DNA of 64,000 nt from Lama guanicoe (Eukaryota): positions 7,659,095 through 7,723,094 of the forward strand of contig MU054391.1 of NCBI GenBank assembly GCA_013239625.1. Direction: 5' to 3'. How positions within the stretch are numbered: position 1 is the stretch's first letter; every line of letters starts with the position of its first letter. The notes below the pieces were generated by a model. That model did not search any database. It was given only the letters and a program-made list of their open reading frames with translations, and had not been told where the DNA came from. This document shows positions 11,871-24,660 of the stretch, in pieces. The position numbers were made by a program, and so were the translations under genes.

Positions 11871-13618
11871 CCTCTCAGTCCCATTCCAGAGACTGGAGAC
11901 CATGAACTCTACTACGACCCAGGCAAATATTCCCCTCTAAAAGCTGAGGCTTTCAGGATAATGCCAAAGGATAAAACTATGATAATACGCTATTGGGAAA
12001 TATTTTCACAGAACATTAGAAAAACATATTTTCCTTTTTCTTGAACCTCTTAGCTTCCCAACCTTCACTGTCAATAAACATTTCTTAGCTCCCAAATGGG
12101 AACAAAAGCAGATAACCATGAAATGACTGGGGCTCACTTTGTAGGCTCCATCCTTTGTGACTTAATCTAACCAGCATGTATCAGGCTAGGCACTGTGATA
12201 GAAGCTATTCCTAGGCAGGTAACCGAAGTCAAAAATCCAGCCCCCATAGTATTTTGCGAGATTCAGGGCAAATCATACTATCCTTCTCTGTTCACTTCTA
12301 TGAAACGAAAGGCTGATCTTTGTGTATGAAGCAGTTAAAGGAAAACTGTACAACATTAGGAAAGTGCTTGGCACATGGTAGATCTTAATTGGCTGCTGTT
12401 TTTATTATCAATTCATTTTGAATTCACCACACTTTTAGAGGAGGAATGGGATAATATTCATGTTTAAAGTCAATAAAAGTAAAAGTGATTATTTGCTTAT
12501 TCAATATTCATTTATCCGATTTTCATCAAGAACTTACTACCTACAAATATAGAATTATTTGAGTTATGACTCTGGCTTTTAAGCAAAGAAAACTTGAGAT
12601 AAAGGAGTTTGACTTTGGATATTTACTCTGAAAATGGGGGAAAGATTCGAATGCCATGTCACTGTACCCTGAGGAAAGGGCTGAGCGGCCTTGTAGGCTG
12701 ATTAGATATGAATTCCCAAGGAACAGGGAGTCAGGCTGGCTGGGTACTTCTGAGCTAGACCAACCTGGAAAATAAGGAGTCCTTAGCTTTGCAAGTGAGG
12801 AGGCATGGGAGAAACAATGATTTTTTTTTTTCCCCGAAAGAAGCTGATGGTTTCAGATTTAAACCTGTAGATTGCGAAAAATCTAGGCATGTCTCAACGT
12901 AATTTCCCATTGCAAAATTAAATTGTAAGTGAATAAATAAATAGAAATGCTTTATGTCTTCATAGGAAGAACTTAAAATAGATTTATTAATTGTCCAATC
13001 TAAACATCCGACAGTGAAAAAGCAACTAATAAAATGATGGTGTATTTTATACACTAGAATTACGACATAGAAAAGAAGGTTAACAAAGCTGTTGTAAAAA
13101 CATATGAAATGTGAGATATAACAATGAGTAGAAAGAGCAAATATAAGATTATAGATATATAATATAATCTTATTTTTGTGAAAATAAGGTATAAAGGAAA
13201 AAAAAAACTAGCAAAAACTAAGCCCACAGTTGTTGCTTATGGGTTGTTGGATTATGAATGATTTGGGGGCTTTTTTTCAAATTTTCTATAATAAACATTG
13301 ATTAATCTTTGAATGAGTTAAAAGAGGGTAACTAATAAGTCAAAATGTTGAGGATCACCACCACATTCTACGGAAAGGGTCTAAAATCAGCCAGGTAAGA
13401 GTATTAGCCAGAAACATGTGTGGCGTCTGTGGACATGGACAACTGTTTACTTGTAGAAAACTGATTAGTATATGAGATTCTAAGCATATTGTATTTATCC
13501 CAAGTATACTAAAGGGTTTAACTAAATCCCCACAATGAAATTAATAAAAGGTTAGTTTATTCTATGTTGGCAAACATTTGGTATGTGAACTGCATTTCAT
13601 CCGAAGAGGACCAGACTC

Positions 13619-13962
13619 CAGTCTGCCCTTGGTATCTGAGTGGGATCGGTTCCAGGACTGGAGCCTTGCGGATACCAAAATCCACCGATGCTCGAGTCCA
13701 TTTCAGTATAAAATGGCATAATATTTGCATATAATCTATGCACATCCCCCTGTTCACTTTCAATCATCTCTAGATTACTTACGATAACTAATACAATGCA
13801 AATGTTATGGAAATAGTTGTAAATGCTACATAAATAGTTACCAGCACGTGAAAAATTTAAGTTTCGTTTTTGGAGAACTTTCTGGCATTTAAACGAAATA
13901 GTTGCCAAACATGGTCAGTTGAATCTGAGGATGAGAAACCTGCAGATGTGGAGGGCCAACTG
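13619..13962 (+). mobile_element. MER2-like TcMar-Tigger non-autonomous DNA transposon
   Basis: TIRs 'cagtctgcccttggtatctg' and 'cagatgtggagggccaactg'; internal 'ggataccaaaatcc...ataaaatggcataatatttgcatataa...atcatctctagattactta'. Confidence 0.88.
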
Positions 13963-13974
13963 TCCTTGTATGGG

Positions 13975-14200
13975 AGGCAGTGCACAGAGCAAAGAGAAGA
14001 AAAAAAAAAAAAGAAAAGATCACAAATTTATCCTCCCATACTGACTCGCTGTGTAATCTGAGCAAATCGTTGACCCTTGCTGGTCCACTTTTCCTTCATG
14101 CTAACGTGTGGATGATAATCCTTAGAAAATGTCTCGAGGGTTGAACTTAAACGCAAGTTAAAAACATTTGATGTAATGCCTGGTGCTGTTCTCCACAAAT
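13975..14200 (+). mobile_element. MIR SINE
   Basis: 'actgactcgctgtgtaatctgagcaaatcgttgaccc...ggatgataat'. Confidence 0.6.
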
Positions 14201-14871
14201 GACGGTCACGGTTATGTTTCTGCCTGTATAGTTATCTACCTGCCAATCTACCTAATCTATTTGTCTTATTCTTATACACAGGACAGAGCATGTAAATTCA
14301 GTGTGGGCAGCGGATGTGCTGACTTCATTCAACGCAGAATCCCCACCACACAGCACCTGGCGGAGAAGGCTCTCAGTAAGTATGAATGGGTGATAACAAA
14401 AAGCAGACGAGAGAACTGAGAAAGGAATAGTGATTAGTTCAAGGCCAGATGTTACCAAGGGGGTCTATCAGAGTGACTCTCGAGGCCTGTGTGGGGATTC
14501 GGGGGGAGGTAGCTCCCTGTTTCTGCAGATGCACAAGGTAGCACATAGCTTTGGTTGGTGCCGCTACCCGCCTTCCTGAAAGCATGAATGACGTCATGTT
14601 CACGTGAAGCTGTCATGGTGAAAAGCAATGTGAATACACAGATAGGAAGAAGCGAGGTCCTTGGTGACCACCTGGAACCACCAGATCCACCGCCCCCAGA
14701 AGCCCCACTTACTTCTCCCTTTTCAGCCGCACTGTCATTTATAACAGTTGGAGCTGTGTTTTCTGTTATTTCCAGGCAAATACACTCTAGATGACATCCC
14801 TACTGACCTGTAATTTTCTCACCTTTTAAGATGGGAAGAATGGTAGTTACTGTACTGTAGATCTCATGGTC

Positions 14872-15513
14872 ATTTCTATCGGTTCACTACTGCCACGTTA
14901 ATGCTGTTTTAAACCACGCCTAAATCGCAGTCATTCATCAGTAAACCTCAGTTCCTGTGCTCTTAGGTCTGCGGGTCGTTATCAGTGTAGGTGATTCAGG
15001 GCGGGCTCGGTAGGGACACGGTCACCCTGGAGTGTATGGATGGCAGACAAATATTTTGTGCAGGGCCCTGACTAGATTCACAATTCGAGTCACCCTAAGT
15101 CAGTGTCGTACTGTTTTGACAGCCCAGGCACACACATCCCACCCCAAAAAAATGGTCCCTATCCAGAGACCTTGCTGAGCTTCCAGGGCAGTGCTGGTTA
15201 GACAGCTCTGCTTGAGAGCGTGGCTGCCTGGGTGTGCCTCTTGACTGTGGATGGAAGCCTGTTAGGGCTGGTTCATTGTGGGCTCAGGCTAAAGAGGCAG
15301 TGGCTGCCTGGGGCCTGTTCTTCTCATGGCTTACCACCGCCGCCGCCACCACCACCATCAGAGCACACCACACAAGCCAAAAGATAGATACAAGCCCACT
15401 GGTGGCCTCTGAAATCCAGTGGGTCACCCAAAATCATGGGAAAAATTATACTCTGCCCAAAGGAGGAGAGGTCTGGGACTGATTATCTGCTGGCTAATGA
15501 TCTAAACTATGAC
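14872..15513 (-). mobile_element. MaLR LTR (MLT1G/H-like), interrupted
   Basis: 'ctactgccacgttaatgctg...aaaccac', 'gggctcaggctaaagaggcagtggctgcctggggcctgttcttctcatggc', ends 'aatgatctaaactatgaca'. Confidence 0.6.
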
Positions 15514-15519
15514 ATCAGT

Positions 15520-16170
15520 CAATCAGTCATTCATTTAAGAAGCATTTACCCATTACGGATGCTGATTATGTCTGAGGCACTACTTTAGAGGCTGAGCATA
15601 CAGTGATGAACCAGATGTGGTCCGAGTCAGCAAGGAGTCCAATCTAGGAAGGGAGTCAGTCACGCGAACATACAATTACAGCACAATGAATCAGGAGCTA
15701 ATAAGAAGTCGCTGATCACATAGCATAGGCCAGAGTCTATTCTAAATGTCTCGCCTTAATTTATTGAATGAATTCAGTAATTCCATGAAGCATAGAATAA
15801 TTTACCCAAGGCTGACAGAGCTGGTTAGTGAAACAAGACTCAGTGCCAGCAACTTCCCTCTAGAATCTTCCATCATAATTGCCATAGTGTATTCATAATG
15901 AAAATGGCACCAAGCGAAAACATGGATGGGAAGGGAGTTGTCAACTATGAAAAAGCACCAGAAAGAAGTCATTTGTTATTTTTACTGTCTTTCCAATATT
16001 CCTCCAAAGAGACTTATAGAATGTCAAAATTTGAAAAATCTCTTAGCGAGAGTCTGGTCCACTCATCAGAGTCTTTGTGGATAAGGACACTGAGGCCCAG
16101 AGAGGGGGACAGACTTCCCTGGTCATACAGTTGGTTAATGTTCTTATCTCTAAGCCCAGGGCTCCAGGGA
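15520..16170 (-). mobile_element. Cluster of L2 3' end and MIR fragments
   Basis: 'cattcatttaagaagcatttac' (L2 tail); 'aatttacccaaggctgacagagctggttagtg' and 'gataaggacactgaggcccagagaggggga' (MIR cores). Confidence 0.65.
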
Positions 16171-16509
16171 GCAACTGTCTCTTGTAGAAGATGTCATGCT
16201 ACCTGCACTGAGAGTTTGGGTTGATGCTGTGGACGAGGGATGCAGTCCAACGCCCTAATAATGGGGCCCTGGGCTTACAGGACAGAGGCGCACTCACTGG
16301 CTTTGGCCATCTAGGACCGGACTGTAGACACATGACCACTGGCTCCTTAGGCTTCAGCCCCTGCCTACCAGCCACACATCCCTGAGTCAGCACCACAGGA
16401 GCGGGGCTGAATGGTATTAGGTAATAGGACTGGGCCATCTCACCCATTCATTCCATGCTAATAATGGCTTTTGGAGATTTTTTTTCCAAGCTGGGAGATC
16501 GCTATAGTG

Positions 16510-18549
16510 CAGTGGTTTTCAAACTTTTTGATGTCTTTACACTTATTACGAACCTCAAAGAGCTTCTGTTTGTATGAGTTATGTCTATTAATATTTATCT
16601 TAGAAATTAAAACTGAGAAAGTTAAAAATGTATTAATTCATGCAAATATAACCATAAATCAATTACTTATTCACATAAATAACGTATTTTAATAAAATAA
16701 CTATTTTTAAAATAAAGATACTGAGTGACTGGAGAGCTATTGTTTTATAGTTTTGTGAATCTTTTTTTACTGTCTGGCTTACTATAAGATGGCTAGGTTT
16801 TCATACCTGCTTTTGCCCTTAATCTGATGCAATGCGTTGTTTTGACTGAAGTACGTGAAGTAACATAGTAGAATGAATCATATGGTCTCAGATTCTACAT
16901 CATGAAGACTGTTTAAGAAACTACCACATGTTGGGAATGTAATTTGGTGCAGCCACTATGGAAAACAGTATGGAGATTCTTTAAAAAACTAAACATAGAC
17001 CCACCATATGATCTAGTAATCCCACTCCTGGGCGTATATCTGGATAAAACTCCAATTAAAAAAGATACAAACACCTCAGTGTTCATAGCAGCATTATTTA
17101 CAATAGTCAAGACATGGAGGCAACCTAATGTCCATTGATAGATAATTGAGCAAACAAGTTGTGGTATACATATATGTATATATACACACACACACACACA
17201 TATATATTCGTGTATGCACCCAATGGAATTCTACTCAGCTTAAAAAAAGAATGAAATAATGCCATCTGCAGCAACATGGATGGACAGAGATTATTATAAT
17301 AAATGAAGTAAGTCAGAGAAAGACAAATATCATATAATATCACTTATGTGTAGAATCTAAAAATGATGACACAAAAGAACTTATTTACAAAACAGAAAGA
17401 GACTTACAGACATAGAAAACAAACGTACAGTTACAAAGGAGGGCTAGGGAGGGATAAATTAGGAGTTTGAAATTAGCAGATAAAAACTACTATATACAGA
17501 ATAGACAAACAACCAGGTCCTACTGGTAGAACAGGAAACTATATTCAATACCAAGTAATAGCCTATAATGAAAAAGAATATGAAAAAGATTATACGTACG
17601 TGTATAACTGAATCACCATGTTGTACACCAGAAACAAACACAATGTTGTAAGTCAACTCTACTCCAATTTAAAAAAAGAAAGAAAGAAACAACCACACAT
17701 CAAGTTTTAGTGTAGTATCAAAGGGGAATAATTAGTATCTCTTAAATTATTATCTGAATTATCCAATTATCTAAAAAGGCTATTAAAATCTGCCCTTCTC
17801 CAACTAAATAGCTATCTGAAGCTCGATTTCGTCACATGCTTTAAGCGAAAGTCAAGCTCATGGTAGCAGATACAAGTTTTCTAACCTTTGATTTCCACTT
17901 GAATTTCTGCTTAAAAGCTTGAATTGTATCCTTGGAACCATTAATGCTATTTGGGTCCTTTGAAGGGACAGGCTTACTTAGCTTAAATTTGAGAAAATGT
18001 CTTTCAAATATCCAAATCTGGAAAAAAAAACCATTGTGTGTCTGTCAGTTGTTCTTTCAAGTGAAATTGGCCTTCAGTGCAAACAGCAGCAAGTTTAGCT
18101 GGCAACTCAGATACATGTGTGTTTTCCTCGAGAGAACCCACACCCACCAGCATGAGTGCCTCTCATTTCACCACACAGCAGGTTAAGAAGATGGGGACTC
18201 AAAGAGTGGGATTTAATTAAGAATTTTCATTGCTTTATCAAGGACATTTGCAGATGAAGTTGGTATTTTTTTTTTCCGGTTGTTTGTCCACCTGCTTTGT
18301 TTTATCGAGAATGTGTGATGATGAAGAATGATGACTGCAGCTTCAGCTGGGCGCCACTTCCTTGATTCACATGGAGGAATCTGCACTTTTACCCACAGTT
18401 GCCTTTACACCATCAGTTGAAATATTAACACAGTGAAAATGACAAATCACGTGCTCAGATTATTATGAAAATGCTTTTGACCATGTGGCTCCCCTGAGAA
18501 AGAGCTCAAAGACTTCCAGGCAGATAAGGTCCACACTCTGAACTGATTG
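16510..18549 (-). mobile_element. Charlie1a-like hAT DNA transposon, both ends present, interrupted by an L1 and an internal inversion
   Basis: Termini 'cagtggttttcaaac' and 'ggtccacactctgaactgattg'; 8-bp TSD-like flanks CTATAGTG (16502-16509) and CTACAATG (18550-18557); internal segments match recalled Charlie1a consensus. Confidence 0.85.
16930..17683 (+). mobile_element. 5'-truncated cetartiodactyl L1 (ORF2 C-terminus, 3'UTR, A-tail) inserted in Charlie1a
   Basis: ORF 16944-17138 '[22 protein letters not shown]...[15 protein letters not shown]' is the L1 ORF2 C-terminus; TSD AAGAAACTACCACAT (16915-16929) vs AAGAAACAACCACAC (17684-17698). Confidence 0.92.
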
Positions 18550-19431
18550 CTACAATGTATCTCACTTAAGGCAGAGATAGCTCTCGCAACTGGCAGACAG
18601 TGTTACAGCTCTGAGAGGTTGGTCTGATTCTTCCTCCTATAATAGCATCAAACCCAGGGCCTTTCATTAACGTGAGAGAGAGGGAGAGTAAGAAAGAATG
18701 AGGGAGAATGCTTTCAAAAGAAAAAAAAAAAAACAACCAAAAAACTGAGCCAGACAAGCTGCTTGAAGCCTTTCCCCAAGATGTTGTATAAAATTTAAAA
18801 CAACATGAAATGCAGCTTCTGATTTATATTATGTCTCTTCTTGGACCATAAAACAAAGGATAGGAGTCACTGCTGATAAAGGATGGTAGGAAAGGCCTGG
18901 GAAAATATTTGAAAGATACTTTTAAATATCAAAGACAGATGACCCCAGATTCTTCTTTGAACACAGACATGCACACACACACACATCTCCAGGGCAAATT
19001 TCCCATCTTAAATAGACTTTCCAATTTGAGCATAGCTCAAAAGGAATATTTGACTCAAAAATAGCCTCTCCTGATAACCATCCTGATGTTCCATTCCAAC
19101 GACTCCGAGCAGAAAGGAACAAAACCGTTTCTCTGGACTCAGGTCCAAAAGTACGACACTGCAAAAAGACAAAAACAGACCGCAAAAACCTTACTGAAAA
19201 ATCACATTCATTGAGGTTAACATGACGATGGCCTAATATCCATCAATATTCTTTAAGGGAATAGCAGTTTAAGGGAGCTCCTAAATTTGTCAGTGTTTTG
19301 CCTCAAAGGAATTTTCCCCAACTGCCTTCATCCATTCACGCTGCCCTTTAATGCATCTGCTGTTTATCTAAGTTACTCAACTTCCTACGGATGAGCTGGG
19401 GACGCAGACATCGTTCATTTCAGTGCGCCCT

Positions 19432-19451
19432 GGGCGGGGGGTGGGGTGGGG
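19432..19451 (+). other. Canonical G-quadruplex motif
   Basis: GGG-C-GGGGGG-T-GGGG-T-GGGG, 1-nt loops. Confidence 0.75.
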
Positions 19452-20046
19452 TGGTGGCGGTGACCGGAGGTGGAGGAGAGAAAATGACTAGCCACGTGCA
19501 GGTGGGATGCAGATTGACCAGGGAAGGCATCCATCCAAAAGAAAGTGATACTCAGCTTGTCTGGGATGTCTGGGCCTTCGCTAGAAGAGGAACAAACGCT
19601 CCAGGCAGAGAAAAAGACTACCCAAAGGCCTGGAGCTAGCGAGAGCAAGGTGTATTTGGGAAATAGTGAGAAGGTACACAGTCATTGTCACTTCATCTCT
19701 GCCATCAGTAGGGTTAAAAGAGGCTGTGTGCATTACAGGGCTTCCCCTGACCTCTGGGACAGTTGAATAAGCCACAGGTGATGTCAGAAGTAAAATGTCT
19801 CAAATATAAAAAGATGTATACAGTAAATAACCTCCATCAACCTCTTAGCACCATCTGTGTCCCTTCTGGGAATCTGTCCTGCCCTGTGTAGAGCAGCGTC
19901 TGACTAGAAGGCCCTCCTTTGGTGTGTGTGTTTGGGGGGGGAGGAGGCGGTGGAAGGGAGGGAGGGGCAGAGGCGGGTCACAGAGCCCCGCTGTGCCCTA
20001 GGGTTTGAAACTCCGATCCTACATCAATTTGCACAAGAGTGTCCTC

Positions 20047-20190
20047 AGAGTTTCTTAACCTGCAGTTCACAGGTGGTTTTCAAAAGAAGTCTACAAATTT
20101 TATGCAAAACTTTCCTTGTGCACAGGTGCGATTTTAGGGGGAAATCAAGCTTTATTTTCCACGTTTTAAGAAAGAACCCCATAACCCTGG
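20047..20190. mobile_element. Probable hAT MITE fragment (family uncertain)
   Basis: Begins 'cagagtttcttaacctg', a hAT-Charlie-type terminus. Confidence 0.35.
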
Positions 20191-20289
20191 ATGCTCGAGG
20201 TGCTTTGGGAGAGAGGTAGGAGATTTGGAAAAAATAAAACCTTAGTCTGCAGATCCATTTTCCCCACTTGGCAAAATAAAGTATAAATC

Positions 20290-20530
20290 TGAAAAGCAGT
20301 GAAACTTAATTTCACATCCTAGACCTCAGTTAACCCTGTTACTTATTAACTGTGTGACTTCAACCAATTACTCAACCTCTCTGTTTCCTGTTCTGTAATA
20401 ACACTTACTTAGATTTGTGGGGGCAGCAGGGAGGAGGGTGAGGTTTAAAATAAAATAATATAGACAAATGTCTAAAACAGAGTAGGCAATCCAATATCAC
20501 AGTTAATTATTTTTACTATTATTATTACTG
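20290..20530 (+). mobile_element. MIR SINE
   Basis: 'acttattaactgtgtgacttcaaccaattactcaacctctctg' and a (TAT)n-like tail. Confidence 0.65.
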
Positions 20531-21579
20531 ATACGTGGCGGGTGCCCAGGGAATGGAGATTTTGACTGAGTTTTTTGGTGACATTATTTAGAGAAAAAAC
20601 ACCGTCTGGCTGGAGGCCTCTGTCTCCGTGTGTTCTGGCAATGTTGTTCTTGACTGTTCTTGGCTGCTGTCCGTCTTTACCTTGAACTGCCCTAAGATTA
20701 GGATTTCTTGTAAACAGTGACTTAATTATTCATCTGCATCCTTTTACAATGCTGGGCTGTTTCTCCACGAACAGGGAGTTACCCCTCCAGCTGCTGCTCA
20801 GAAAAGGACTGAAATTAACTTACGTGGTCCACTCTTCTTAAAGGGCTTTACCTCCAGCCCCCGAGGGATGAGTGCAGAAAGGCTTCCGGATCCCGGGCCA
20901 CACCACTCAGCACATCCACCTGCTCCCGGGGGGGGCCTCATGCGGGGACCTGCGTGGGCTCCATGTGGGCTTTTCCCGCAAGGTGGAGTGTTCGGGAGGA
21001 AGTACGTCAAAGAGAGAAGAGGGGGTCACCAGGAAGAGTTTTAGCCGGCAACCCGACGGACTAGCCACAGATAAAAGGGAATTCTAGTCTGACTCATCGC
21101 GGGTCAAGGTAGATTCTTCTGCTAAGTTACTTTTGTGGTAGCGCTGAGCCTAGGGGAGCCCTCTGTGACTACAGGGTTCCCGTTCACACTCAGAGCAGAT
21201 GTCCTCTCCTTCCCGGAGCCTCACCTGAGTCCCCAGGCAGAGGGAGATGCTCCTGCCTCTATAGACCAACATCCCCCATCACAGCACCTCCCGCGGCAGC
21301 CTGTTCAACGCTTCTCTCCCGTTACACGCTGGTTTCCTGGAGCCCAGGTCCTGTGTCTTCCAGACTCCTTATCTTCAAAGCCCACATCAGCCTGATGGTG
21401 ACAAGGGAGGCTGAGACAGAGGATAGGAGGGGAGGGAAGAGCGGCAGGGGAAATCTGTCCTGGTTCTGGAGTGAGAAAGACGTGAACGCTATATCCATCT
21501 CCACTATGCACTTCATGTAAAACCTGAAGCAAACTGTTGAACTTCTCCGGGGTGTAGCTTCCCTGTTGGGAAAAGGTGC

Positions 21580-21609
21580 GGGGTGGTGGTGGGTGGAGGG
21601 GGTGGGGGG
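21580..21609 (+). other. G-quadruplex motif
   Basis: Four G-runs of 3 or more: GGGG..GGG..GGGGG.GGGGGG. Confidence 0.6.
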
Positions 21610-21899
21610 CGAAAAAGCTCCCTTGTCTTGCAGGACTATTTTGGGGATCAAATAAGATCAATAGGTGAAAATGAAAACAAATAGGATTGAGGTATAATTA
21701 TGACACAGATTTCACTTAAGAAATAATGTGTTCCCACCCTCCAAAATTCTACTGATTGTAGCAGAACATCTCCAGGCAAAAGTTTCTTCTGATTTTCATT
21801 CAGCATCTCTGGGCTTATTTTTCCCTCACAGCCGCTAGGCGGTCCTCTCATCAGGCTGCAAGGCCACTGCCCTGGCTCAGACCTGCCCATGGGACTGTC

Positions 21900-22520
21900 T
21901 CATGACTGCTGGGGGTTCCAGCCTCAGCTCCAGAGCTCCAGTTTCTCTTCCCTCCCGGCCATCCTCCATCAAGGCCATCTGCCACCCTTCCCAAGTGGTC
22001 TCCCTAGAACCCAAGTGTTATTCACATGCTTAAATACACCCATGAGTCTCCTAGGTCAACCCTAGTCCCTGGCACGGCCCACATGTGGTGGTGGACCTGG
22101 CTTCTGCGAGGTGTGACTCTCCAGCCTCCCGTCCTGTCACTCCCACATCACCCCTGGCCCTCCTGAGGTCACCACGCTGCTTCCCGCCTCCCTGCCTCAC
22201 TTGACACATGCTGTGGCTTTTACTGGGACACCATCTCTGTCCACTTTTGCTCCTCCATCTGCTAGGAAACTCCTGCTCTCCTTTAAGACTCACTTCAGAG
22301 CTTTGCTTTGGTTTCTTCCTAGACAGGATTCACTGCTCTGCATCTGAGATCCTATAACACCGGACACATTTCGCTCCCTGAGCTCAGACCTCCTTGCTTT
22401 CTAGTTGTTTCCTGATGTGGCAGTCCCCCAAGGAGCCCCTGCAAGGAAAAGGCCAGGGCTTACTCTTGGTTGAATTCTCAGTGCCATGGTAAGGGAGTGG
22501 GTAAATAAAGGAAAGCACTT
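21900..22520 (+). mobile_element. L2 LINE 3' region
   Basis: 'aactcctgctctcctttaagactcacttcag', 'ggccagggcttactcttggttgaattctcagtgcc' and a tail 'gggtaaataaag'. Confidence 0.6.
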
Positions 22521-23469
22521 TGACGGCATCTGTCCTTTCCAAAGACCACTGAGAGGTGCTCCCTTGAGAGCATCGTTGACTGGCGTGTCAATCAAGGCCT
22601 GGTCACCCTTCATTTCATGCCCTGGCTTCCCCACATTTTGATTAGTGTGGTTTTGCGCTTTCAGCCCAAAGTAGACGCTCTTTTGTCCACACTTACTTTC
22701 ACGCTCTATCAGCCTCCTGCCCCTTGTATACTAGATGGCAAGCTTAGAGAGGGCGAGGCCACATCTTACAGGTTCCCGCACCTCCTACCCCGGTGGCTGG
22801 TGTGGGACTGGAGCCAGACCATCATTTTCCCTCAGAAAAGCCCCGTTCCCTTCTTTAAAGTGTCCTTGGGGAACACAGAGCTGACTAATAGGAGCCCAGA
22901 GGAAGAAAAGGCGACCTTGCCTGACAAGGATAGGACTTCCTCGCTCTTCTCCCCTCATCACATCCCATAAAATGACTCCATAAATATGCAGACACCTCAG
23001 GCTGCTCTGGCCGGCTCACAGCAGGTGACCCCATCGGCCCTACTCTCAATTTTTCGGCCTCTCTCTTCTCTTTCATTTTCTTCTTCCTTTTTTTAAAAAA
23101 ATGCAGTCACTGCAATAAATTAAACTTTCATGGCTCCATTTCCTTCTTTCCCATTGTGGAACCCTGACAGATTTCCTCAAGGAAATACTTTCAAAATCAT
23201 AATTGAAACACAATAATTCATAATAGAAGAGGGGAGGAGGAGAGGCATAGATCTCGCTCTCATTTCTGGTGGCAGACACGTTAATGACATTTTCTATTTC
23301 CTCTCATTACCATGAGCACGTCTCCGCCGGGCCGGGCCCATCTGCCTCTCTCCTCTCTCCGCCGCGGGCTGAACCCACTCCCTCTCACACCCGCAGCAGC
23401 CTGAACTTGGCAGCACAGAACTGGCCACGTCACTCTCGGGGCCTGAAATCCCTCAGAGTTCTGCCCCTC

Positions 23470-24020
23470 CGCACACACGTCCTGGGTGGGGATCATAAGG
23501 TCCAGGGCTTCATTCTTGTAGCTCAACGGCCAGCTACGCTGAGCCAGCTTACTCCCCTGAATGCACTCGGCCTCTTCCTACTCCGAGCTTCCCACAGGCT
23601 GCCACCTTTTCCAGGAATACCTTCCCCTTGTGCATGTCAGGAGGACCACTTCCAGTCCGCGTTCTTCTCCCCGTGTGCCTGCTCTGCTGACAAGCCCAGC
23701 TGCCCGCCTCACTCTGGCATCACTGGCCTCGCCAGCCTGCCCTCCACCTAGGAAGGCCGAATTCCTACCTTCCTGCTCTATGTTCCCGGAGTCTCTGAGC
23801 TTAAGTTTAAGTCTGCTATTACACTTATGACATCAATTATGGTTGTGTTTTCACTTTCTATCTCTTTATCTCCGGCACCCTCCCCTCCCCTCCCGATAAC
23901 ACACACGCAAGCACGTGACATTGTCAGCCAACTGAGGCAGGATTTTGTTTATCTGCTTCTGAATGACCAGCATGTAGCCCAGGGTCTGTTCAGAGTACAT
24001 ACTCTTTGAAATAACTGAAA
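23470..24020 (+). mobile_element. L2 LINE 3' region
   Basis: 'gaggcaggattttgtttatctgcttctgaatgaccagcatgtagcccagggtctgttcagagtacatactc'. Confidence 0.55.
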
Positions 24021-24598
24021 AATATAGACTGAAAAAAAATTGTCCTGTTTTGCTTATAAACAAAGATAAACAAAAGATGACATAAAGAAGCCATTAGGAA
24101 GCAATTATTAAAACTAATTTATTTCTAACTTAAAAAGAGGAGGGGTTGATATTTCCAGGGATTTCTGATCTGACTAGGGTGGGAATTGTGATCTGAGACC
24201 CAGGGAAGGACTATGCAGGTTTCCGTGCCGTCAGGCTTCCCGGATGGAGACCCCCTCATGGGCAGGAGGTGGGGAGGAGTCCTCAGAGTCCTTTCCAACT
24301 TAACTAAATCTTCCCCACGCCTTGATCCTGGAGCAAATGCTACTTCCTCCGGGAACCGGAGCCTTGCCGAGCCGTGCTGGAGTCTGAGACTGAAGGAAAA
24401 TGTACAGACGTGCACCTTTATACATGCTTATCAAAATAGTCTCTTATCTTTTGATCCAAGTAGAAAAATCTAAGGAAGACTGACAACATATAGGAAAAAA
24501 CTGACCCCACGTAAAACCCTGTCGCCCAATCTGTTTTTCACTTCATGATTAACCCTCGTAACCTCCCCAGCTGCGCTGCACAGCTTTGGAACCACAGG

Positions 24599-24660
24599 CT
24601 GATTGGCAAGGACTGCTGCCATCACATTGCGCAATGACGTGGGGTCACACAGCAAACACA
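24599..24660. promoter_or_regulatory. Dense TF-motif cluster (candidate enhancer)
   Basis: Reverse CCAAT box (CTGATTGG 24599-24606), C/EBP palindrome ATTGCGCAAT (24626-24635), TGACGTGG (24635-24642), GGGGTCA (24641-24647), FOX GCAAACA (24652-24658). Confidence 0.5.
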
